A DNA stretch of 64,000 nt from contig CAOJZZ010000002.1 in NCBI GenBank assembly GCA_948466315.1, positions 3,700 to 67,699 on the forward strand, in the 5' to 3' direction. This stretch comes from an uncultured Mycoplasmatota bacterium (GTDB taxonomy: Bacteria > Bacillota_I > Bacilli_A > RF39 > UBA660). The notes below the pieces were generated by a model that saw nothing but the letters and a program-made list of their open reading frames with translations, was not told the origin of the DNA and ran no database searches. A program made the translations under genes and the position numbers. Positions 51,404 to 58,233 of this stretch are shown in pieces. Numbering within the stretch: the first letter of the stretch is position 1; each line of letters begins with the position of its first letter.

Positions 51404-52423
51404 TTGAATGTAATTATTTCTAATAAACAACAAAATCAACTTTCTAAATTAGATATTGATGTTATTAAAAATATTTCAGGTGTATATCAAGTAAATGAAC
51501 TTGTAGAAATGTTTAAGAACTTTTTTTATAATAGAATGATTTTGGATGTTACTGCAATTTCTGGATATACTGATATTAGTAAATTTAAGATTATAGCAAA
51601 AGAATTAGATGTAGAGAAGATTATTTTTCTTTTACCTGATGGTAGTAGACTATGTACATCTAGTTTTTTGGCTGATTTGATATCTCTTGGAATATATAAT
51701 TTTACTACTAGTATTGATGGTATTAAATATTTATTAAAAAAGGTTAATAAATATGAGGATGTTGTTCATATTCAAAAACAGGCTCAAAAGGAAGCAAAAG
51801 TAGAAAATGAAAATATTGGACAAAATGTAGTTGTTTCTGATGAAAATGCTTTTAAAGGTCCTAGAATTATAGGTATTAGAAATGCTACGGATAGTGCAGG
51901 AGCAACTACTTTTATTTATATGTTGAAAAGTGAGTTGCAAAAGTCTGGTTTTAATGTTATTTCTATTGAACTTGATAAAAATGATTTTCAATATTTTAAT
52001 GATAAAACTATGCTTTCTATTACAACTAATAATTTACAAAATACTATAAAGCAACATTCTTCTGTAGATATTGTTTTTATTGATATTAATAATTTGAAAG
52101 ATTTAAGTATTTGTTCAGATGTTTATTACTTGTTAGAACCTAGTATTATTAAATTAAATAAATTAGTTAAAACACATCGTTATCTTTTAGAAAAGTTAAG
52201 AGGTAAAAAAGTGGTTCTTAATAAAAGTTTACTTTCTACTGGTGATATTAGTGATTTTGAGAAGGAATCTGGTCTTAAGATTATTTTTAATATGCCTCCT
52301 TTAGATGAAAGAAAAAGAAATCCTATTGTTCGTGATTTTTTGATAAGTGTTGGAGTACTTTCACAAGGTAATACTCAATCTGGAAACGAAAATAATCGAA
52401 TTTTTGGGTTATTTAGACTTTAA
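51404..52423 (+). CDS. TadZ/CpaE-like protein with degenerate P-loop
   Basis: N-terminal ~120-aa domain plus a ParA/MinD-like C-terminal half. RIIGIRNATDSAGATTF occupies the place of the KGGxGK(T/S) Walker A. Confidence 0.4.
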   Translation: MNVIISNKQQNQLSKLDIDVIKNISGVYQVNELVEMFKNFFYNRMILDVTAISGYTDISKFKIIAKELDVEKIIFLLPDGSRLCTSSFLADLISLGIYNFTTSIDGIKYLLKKVNKYEDVVHIQKQAQKEAKVENENIGQNVVVSDENAFKGPRIIGIRNATDSAGATTFIYMLKSELQKSGFNVISIELDKNDFQYFNDKTMLSITTNNLQNTIKQHSSVDIVFIDINNLKDLSICSDVYYLLEPSIIKLNKLVKTHRYLLEKLRGKKVVLNKSLLSTGDISDFEKESGLKIIFNMPPLDERKRNPIVRDFLISVGVLSQGNTQSGNENNRIFGLFRL

Positions 52424-52426
52424 TAA

Positions 52427-52455
52427 TTGACAAAAAGCGATATATAAGGTATTAT
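52427..52455 (+). promoter_or_regulatory. Sigma-A promoter in front of the T4SS block
   Basis: TTGACA (52427-52432), 17-nt spacer, TATTAT (52450-52455), followed by GAAGGAGAGGG RBS and the ATG at 52482. Confidence 0.6.
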
Positions 52456-52481
52456 ATTCGTAGTGAAGGAGAGGGTTTTTT

Positions 52482-52814
52482 ATGTCAAATTTGTTTCAAA
52501 TTGCTGTTGGTACTGATGCTTGTGGAGGATTATTAGCAATAGTAAAGATTATACGTAAGGGAATTATGCCAATAGTACAAATTTTTATTCCTATACTTTT
52601 GATTGTATTTGGAACTGTTGATCTTGGTAAGGCCGTTATTTCAAGTGATGAAAAAGAAGTAAAGCAAGCTCAGTCTAGATTGATTAAGCGTTGCATTTAT
52701 GCAGTTGCGATATTTTTGGTGGTTACCTTAGTAACAGTTATTATGAATATTGTAGCAGTTGGTGTTAGTGATGGTACTGGTTCTTGGTCTGAGTGTTGGA
52801 GTGCTGCTGCATAG
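52482..52814 (+). CDS. VirB2/TrbC-like two-TM pilin-like T4SS protein (110 aa)
   Basis: Two hydrophobic helices flank a conserved loop (..IPILLIVFGTVDLGKAVISSDEKEVKQAQSRLIKR..AVAIFLVVTLVTVIMNIV..CWSAAA). First gene of the T4SS block. Confidence 0.5.
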   Translation: MSNLFQIAVGTDACGGLLAIVKIIRKGIMPIVQIFIPILLIVFGTVDLGKAVISSDEKEVKQAQSRLIKRCIYAVAIFLVVTLVTVIMNIVAVGVSDGTGSWSECWSAAA

Positions 52815-52848
52815 TTTGACTTTTTTAAATTATAGAGATAGTAAGTAT

Positions 52849-52877
52849 TTGCTATTTTTTTTTTTTTCTGATATAAT
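52849..52877 (+). promoter_or_regulatory. Promoter-like element whose 17-nt spacer is mostly a T13 homopolymer
   Basis: TTGCTA (52849-52854), spacer made of T13 (52855-52867) plus ctga, TATAAT (52872-52877). Lies 34 nt upstream of the ATG at 52911. Confidence 0.4.
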
Positions 52878-52910
52878 TATTGTGTGTAAATCCGTGATTG
52901 AGGTGATGGT

Positions 52911-53474
52911 ATGAAAAAGATGATTATATTTATTATATTTTTCTTTGTTTTACTGTTACCTATAAATATAAAAGCTATGGAAAAAAAACAGATTATATCT
53001 TCTTCTGTAAGTATTGGTGTTGTTAATGTTAGTAAGGCTTCTTTTAAAGATGTTAATAAGTTTACAAATGTTTCTACTAAAGTAAAAGATATGAAAAAAA
53101 AGAAAAAGAAGAATGAAGAGACTAATGATATTACTAAAGAGGATATGGAAGAATGGTTAAATGATTATGATAAAAAGAATATAAAGTGTAATACTATTCT
53201 TGGTAATCCTAAGGATAAAGATTCAGTAGCTTGGCTTTTACAGCAAATTTTAAACTATTTAAAAGTTATTGGTCCAATGGTGGTTATTGTGATGAGTGGA
53301 ATGGATTTTTCTAAAGCTATTGTTCAGAGTGATGACGAAATTATGCAAAAGGCACAGAAAAAATTGATTTTGCGATTAGTACTTACTGTAGCTTTGTTTT
53401 TTGTACCAACATTGGTAACAGTTCTTTTAGGGATATTTGGATTAACTGATGATCCGACTTGTAGTTTAAAGTAA
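52911..53474 (+). CDS. Second VirB2/TrbC-like protein with signal peptide and lysine-rich linker (187 aa)
   Basis: Signal peptide MKKMIIFIIFFFVLLLPINIKA. C-terminal 85 aa are homologous to 52482-52814 (GPMVVIVMSGMDFSKAIVQSDDEIMQKAQKKLILR..ALFFVPTLVTVLLGIFG). Confidence 0.5.
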   Translation: MKKMIIFIIFFFVLLLPINIKAMEKKQIISSSVSIGVVNVSKASFKDVNKFTNVSTKVKDMKKKKKKNEETNDITKEDMEEWLNDYDKKNIKCNTILGNPKDKDSVAWLLQQILNYLKVIGPMVVIVMSGMDFSKAIVQSDDEIMQKAQKKLILRLVLTVALFFVPTLVTVLLGIFGLTDDPTCSLK

Positions 53475-53496
53475 AAGGGTAAAGAGGTGATATAAA

Positions 53497-55557
53497 GTGA
53501 CAGATAATACAGCTGCTAATGCGATACATGATTTGCTTAGAAGTGCCCCAGCTTGGTTTATTGATAGACCAGCTTATTGGTTACTTGGAATTATGTATGA
53601 GATTTTTTTTAATGTTTCTACTGCTGAATTGTTTGTTAATTCAACAGTTAAGAATTTCTATTCTAGAGTACAATTAATTATTGGCGTTTTTATGGTATTT
53701 AAATTGGCTATAACAATTTTACAAGGAATTGTTAATCCTGATACTTTTACTGATAAAAAAAGTGGTGCTGGTACTATTATTACTAGAATAATTTTTTCTT
53801 TAGTTATGTTGACTTTATTAGTTCCTATTAATATTCCAAATGCAAAAAACGAGTATGAAATTCAACTTAATAACAATGGATTATTGTTTGGTACTTTATA
53901 TTCTTTGCAAAATAGGTTGTTACAAAACAATACTTTAGGTAGACTTATTTTAGGGACTACTGATGATGCTACGTCTTCTGATGATGATACATTGAGTGCT
54001 ACTGATAAGCAAAATGAGAAGTTGAAACAGTCTGCTGATGTATTTGCTTCAACAATTTTAAAAGGGTTTTTTAGAATAAATTTGAAACCTGTAGAAGAGC
54101 GGGATTCTGATGATGAGACTAAGAACGAAAATCGTATGTGTGAGGATATGGATGATGATACTTTAGCGATTTATAAAAAATTGGATGCTGATCCTGGTGA
54201 GTTATTGGGACTAGTTAATGCTAGTTGTGAAATGTCTGATTCTAGTTGGTTTGGTGAATATCTTTACAATAAAGTTGTAGGAACTTATAAAAGAATTAAA
54301 GGAGAAGACAGGTATGTTTTTGCTTATATGCCAGTTGTTGGTGGTGTTGTGGCTTTAGTTTTTGCTGTTATATTATTAGGTTTTACTGTTGATATCGCTA
54401 TTAGAGCAATAAAACTAGCTGTATTAAGATTGATTGCTCCTATACCAATTATCAGTTATATTCAACCAAGTAAGTCTAAAGATGGTGGTCCGTTTGAAAA
54501 TTATGTTAGAATATTAACTTCTACATATTTAGATTTGTTTGTCCGTTTAGCAGTTGTTTATTTTGTAATCTTTTTGATTCAAGATATGATTGTTAATGGT
54601 GTTGTTATCAATAATGGTAGTGGTGTAATTGGTCTCATTTCAATGATTTTTATCTTTTTAGGTTTATTCTTCTTCGCAAAACAAGCACCAAAGTTTATTA
54701 GGGATGTTTTAGGTTTGAAAAATCAACTTAGCAATATTGGTATTTCAGCTATGCTTGCTGGTGTTGGTGCTATTAGACAAGGTGGTACTCTTGCTGAGGC
54801 AGGAGAGGCCATGGTTGAAGATACTAGAGTTCGTACAGATGCTTACAATCAAGGAAAAGCTGCTCCTCCTGTTATGCAGTCTTATAATATGGGACGAGAT
54901 CATATGGCTAGACTTCTTACTGGTAACGATAGAATGACTGGAAGACAAATGGATTGGGGAACTAGACATTTGGATAGAATGAATATTAATGCAGATAATA
55001 TGGCTACTCTTAAAGGACAAATGTATCATGAACAAGATTTGGCATCTTTAGCGCAAAATATGGCTCAACGTGCTAGTCAAAATGGTTGGGGTGCTTTAAC
55101 ATCTAATGAGCAACATGCTATTGAGCAAGTATATAGAAACAAGAAACATATTGGTGCTGGTACTGCTCTTACGGCAGATCAAATTGATGAGATGCATGCA
55201 CAAGGAGCTACTATGTATGCAAATGAGGCTAATACTACCTTTAATAAAACTAAATCAACATATGATAAAATGTCTAAGATGCAGGATAGATATGGTCAAT
55301 CTAGGATTTATGAAGCTGAATATGAAGGTTATGTAGATAAAAATAATCCTAACCGTGACTTTACTCATAGAGCTTTCCGTGGATTAGGGCGTGATTCTAG
55401 ATTTAGTGGTGCTCAAAAATGGCGTACTCAAGCAGGGAATGATCGTGATGAAGGACGTAGGCCTACTCCTACAATAGCTCCTGTTCCGCCACCTCCACCA
55501 CCACCAAATGGACCTGGTTCAGGTGGTCCAGGTAGTGGTCCAGGATCTAATCCATAG
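53497..55557 (+). CDS. VirB6/TrbL-like polytopic channel protein with long C-terminal soluble domain and Pro/Gly tail
   Basis: Six or more TM segments across residues 20-410, then ~270 soluble residues ending APVPPPPPPPNGPGSGGPGSGPGSNP. Lies next to the VirB3- and VirB4-like genes. Confidence 0.5.
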   Translation: MTDNTAANAIHDLLRSAPAWFIDRPAYWLLGIMYEIFFNVSTAELFVNSTVKNFYSRVQLIIGVFMVFKLAITILQGIVNPDTFTDKKSGAGTIITRIIFSLVMLTLLVPINIPNAKNEYEIQLNNNGLLFGTLYSLQNRLLQNNTLGRLILGTTDDATSSDDDTLSATDKQNEKLKQSADVFASTILKGFFRINLKPVEERDSDDETKNENRMCEDMDDDTLAIYKKLDADPGELLGLVNASCEMSDSSWFGEYLYNKVVGTYKRIKGEDRYVFAYMPVVGGVVALVFAVILLGFTVDIAIRAIKLAVLRLIAPIPIISYIQPSKSKDGGPFENYVRILTSTYLDLFVRLAVVYFVIFLIQDMIVNGVVINNGSGVIGLISMIFIFLGLFFFAKQAPKFIRDVLGLKNQLSNIGISAMLAGVGAIRQGGTLAEAGEAMVEDTRVRTDAYNQGKAAPPVMQSYNMGRDHMARLLTGNDRMTGRQMDWGTRHLDRMNINADNMATLKGQMYHEQDLASLAQNMAQRASQNGWGALTSNEQHAIEQVYRNKKHIGAGTALTADQIDEMHAQGATMYANEANTTFNKTKSTYDKMSKMQDRYGQSRIYEAEYEGYVDKNNPNRDFTHRAFRGLGRDSRFSGAQKWRTQAGNDRDEGRRPTPTIAPVPPPPPPPNGPGSGGPGSGPGSNP

Positions 55558-55589
55558 TATTTTGAAAATAAAAAGGAGTGTGATATATA

Positions 55590-55901
55590 GTGAATTATTT
55601 AATTCCAGCTAATACAAAAAGGGGACAATTAATATTAGGAATATTTCGTCCTTTTGATTTGATATTGTTTGGTGTTGGTGTACTTATTACTGTTGTTTTT
55701 CTGGCTATTATGCCTTTAACCTCTACATTTGTAACTATTCTTATTTTAAGTCCTGCTCTTATTTCTGGATTTTTAGTAATGCCAATTCCTTATTATCATA
55801 ATATGTTGAATGTTATTATTGAAATGTATGAGTTTTTTACATCAAGACAAACTTATCGATGGAGAGGATGGTGTTATAAAAATGGCCAAGAAAAGAAGTA
55901 G
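55590..55901 (+). CDS. PrgI/VirB3-like small membrane protein
   Basis: 103 aa, IPANTKRGQLILGIFRPFDLILFGVGVL.. with two TMs. Immediately upstream of and overlapping the VirB4 gene, as in the Tn916 orf17-orf16 arrangement. Confidence 0.55.
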   Translation: MNYLIPANTKRGQLILGIFRPFDLILFGVGVLITVVFLAIMPLTSTFVTILILSPALISGFLVMPIPYYHNMLNVIIEMYEFFTSRQTYRWRGWCYKNGQEKK

Positions 55902-56433
55902 TGCTTTTACTGAGGATTGGTTACCAGTAAGAGGTATTCAAAGTAATATGATTATTACTACTGATAATTTTAAAATTACTGGAGTTAAAATAGCACCACG
56001 TAATATCTTTATTTTAGATCCAGAATCACAAAACTCGGTTTTAATTAGTCTTAAAAATTTTTATAATATGATTGATTTTGAGTTTTGGTTAGTGGTTGCT
56101 GATAGGCCAGTTGATATTTCGGTATATATGTCTCAGTTGCAACTTCTATATAATGAGACACAAACTCCTGTAATTAGGAAGTTGATTAGTCAGGATATTG
56201 AAAAAGGTAAAAGATTTATTAATAATAATATAGTTGATACAGAATATTTCTTTTTATTTAAAGATAAGGATCCAGATGTTTTACAAAAAAGGGTGAGAAT
56301 GATGATTAATGGTTTGGCTACTTGTGGGCTTAATGCTTCACAAGTAAGTAATGAGGACTTAAGAGTAATTTTAGATAATTTCTTGAATGGTGGTTCTACT
56401 ACTGAGTTTGGAATGGTGATGTCTTTTGAGTAA
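55882..56433 (+). CDS. VirB4-like protein, N-terminal domain encoded as a separate ORF (183 aa)
   Basis: GGAGAGG RBS before the ATG at 55882. FTEDWLPVRGIQSNMIITTDNFKITGVKIAPRNIFILD resembles the N-terminus of Firmicute VirB4 homologs. Ends 8 nt after the start of the next ORF. Confidence 0.55.
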   Translation: MAKKRSSAFTEDWLPVRGIQSNMIITTDNFKITGVKIAPRNIFILDPESQNSVLISLKNFYNMIDFEFWLVVADRPVDISVYMSQLQLLYNETQTPVIRKLISQDIEKGKRFINNNIVDTEYFFLFKDKDPDVLQKRVRMMINGLATCGLNASQVSNEDLRVILDNFLNGGSTTEFGMVMSFE

Positions 56434-58216
56434 TAGTATAAGAAGTGAATTAGCTCCTAAAGGACTTTCTTTTTCAACAAGTGATTTTTTCATTAGTGAT
56501 AAATATGCTACTATTTTGACTGTTGTTTCTTATCCTAAATATATTCTTCCTGGTTATTTATCAACACTTACTAATATGCCTGGAATTAAAGTAGTTGTAA
56601 AACATATACCTGTTCCTTTTCAAGATATGTCTAAAATGTTAAATAGACAAATTGCTGATTTGAAAGAACGTTATAGGAATGAAAGAGATCAAACTTCTAG
56701 AGAAAGATATCGACAGGATGCAGAGAGTTTAGAGTATTTTGTTTCAATGATTGCGGGTAGTCAAGCTAGAATATTTGATTTTCAAATGCATATTATGATT
56801 ACTTCTGATACTAAAGAGGATTTAGAATTGAAGAAAGTAAATGTTAAAAATTATTTAGATGCGATGGAGCTTAAAGGAATTTCTCTTAGATTTGAACAAG
56901 AGAAAGTATTAAAATCAATTTTACCAATTTTTCCTTCTCAAGATATTGAACAAAGAGTAGGAACTCCAATTCCATCTGTAACTATTGCTGCTATGTATCC
57001 ATTTATTTTTGATAGTATTAAAGATCCAGGATTATCGACACTTTTAGGAATTGATTTTTCTGGAGGAGTTATATTATTTAATCAGTTTTTATATAAAATT
57101 AGAAAAGAAAATAATAGAAATAATGCTAACATGATTATTCTTGGTACTTCTGGTTCTGGTAAATCTACTGCGGCTAAGTTGATGCTTAGAACTCATATTA
57201 GGAATGGTTGTCAACTTGTTATTATAGATCCTGAGGATGAGTTTAGAGAAATTACTTATACTTATGGTGGAGATACTGTTGATATTGGTAAAGGTGGAGA
57301 GTTTGGTTTAATTAATCCATTAGAAGTTGTTATTGATGCAGATGAAGAGGAAATTAAACAAGGATTAGGGTATACTGTACTTACTAGAACTTTACAATTT
57401 TTAAAAGCTTTTATGAAGTATTATGATCCATCAATTGAAGAAGATGTTTTAACTATGTTTAGTGAAATTGTTCAAGATACTTATAAACGTTTTGGTATTG
57501 ATTTTAATACTGATTTTTCTACTTATACTTCAGCTGATTATCCAACATTTAGTGATGTTTACGCAACAATTCGTGGTAGATTAATGTCTATTACAGAACA
57601 GACTAAAGAACGAGATATTATGGAGAGATTGGAATTAAAAGTAAGACCAATTACTAAAGAGTTGAAATTTTATTTTGATGGTCATACTACTATTCGTAGA
57701 GATAGTGATTTTATGGTATTTAATATTAAAGAATTAATGAATAGTGATTCTAATGTTCGTAATGCTTTATTTTTCAATGTTTTGAAATATGCTTGGGGTC
57801 TTTGTTTAGATTATAATGTAGATACTATAATGATGGTTGATGAGGCACATGTATTATTAGGAGAAAATAATGTTTTAGGTGCTGATTTCTTAGCTCAGGT
57901 ACAAAGACGTGCTAGAAAATATAATACTGGTACTATAATCATTACTCAACAACCAAGTGATTTTTCATCTCCTGCTGTTATAACACAAGGAAAAGCTATA
58001 TTTGATAATGCTTCTTATTATTTAGTGATGGGACTTAAGAAGCAAGCTGTTGAAGATTTATCTTTATTAATAGATTTGAATGATAGTGAGAAAGAAAGTA
58101 TTAAGAGATATTCACAAGGAGAAGCGTTATTTGTTTGCGGAAATAGACGAATGCGTATAAATGTTGCAGTTACTAAGGAAGAGTTAGATTCCTTTGGTAG
58201 TGGTGGAGGATTATAA
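56426..58216 (+). CDS. VirB4-like T4SS ATPase, central and C-terminal part (596 aa)
   Basis: Walker A ILGTSGSGKST, Walker B IMMVDEAH, IIITQQPSD. TTG start in the +1 frame relative to the previous ORF. Confidence 0.8.
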   Translation: MSNSIRSELAPKGLSFSTSDFFISDKYATILTVVSYPKYILPGYLSTLTNMPGIKVVVKHIPVPFQDMSKMLNRQIADLKERYRNERDQTSRERYRQDAESLEYFVSMIAGSQARIFDFQMHIMITSDTKEDLELKKVNVKNYLDAMELKGISLRFEQEKVLKSILPIFPSQDIEQRVGTPIPSVTIAAMYPFIFDSIKDPGLSTLLGIDFSGGVILFNQFLYKIRKENNRNNANMIILGTSGSGKSTAAKLMLRTHIRNGCQLVIIDPEDEFREITYTYGGDTVDIGKGGEFGLINPLEVVIDADEEEIKQGLGYTVLTRTLQFLKAFMKYYDPSIEEDVLTMFSEIVQDTYKRFGIDFNTDFSTYTSADYPTFSDVYATIRGRLMSITEQTKERDIMERLELKVRPITKELKFYFDGHTTIRRDSDFMVFNIKELMNSDSNVRNALFFNVLKYAWGLCLDYNVDTIMMVDEAHVLLGENNVLGADFLAQVQRRARKYNTGTIIITQQPSDFSSPAVITQGKAIFDNASYYLVMGLKKQAVEDLSLLIDLNDSEKESIKRYSQGEALFVCGNRRMRINVAVTKEELDSFGSGGGL

Positions 58217-58233
58217 GATAAAAAAGAAGTAGG

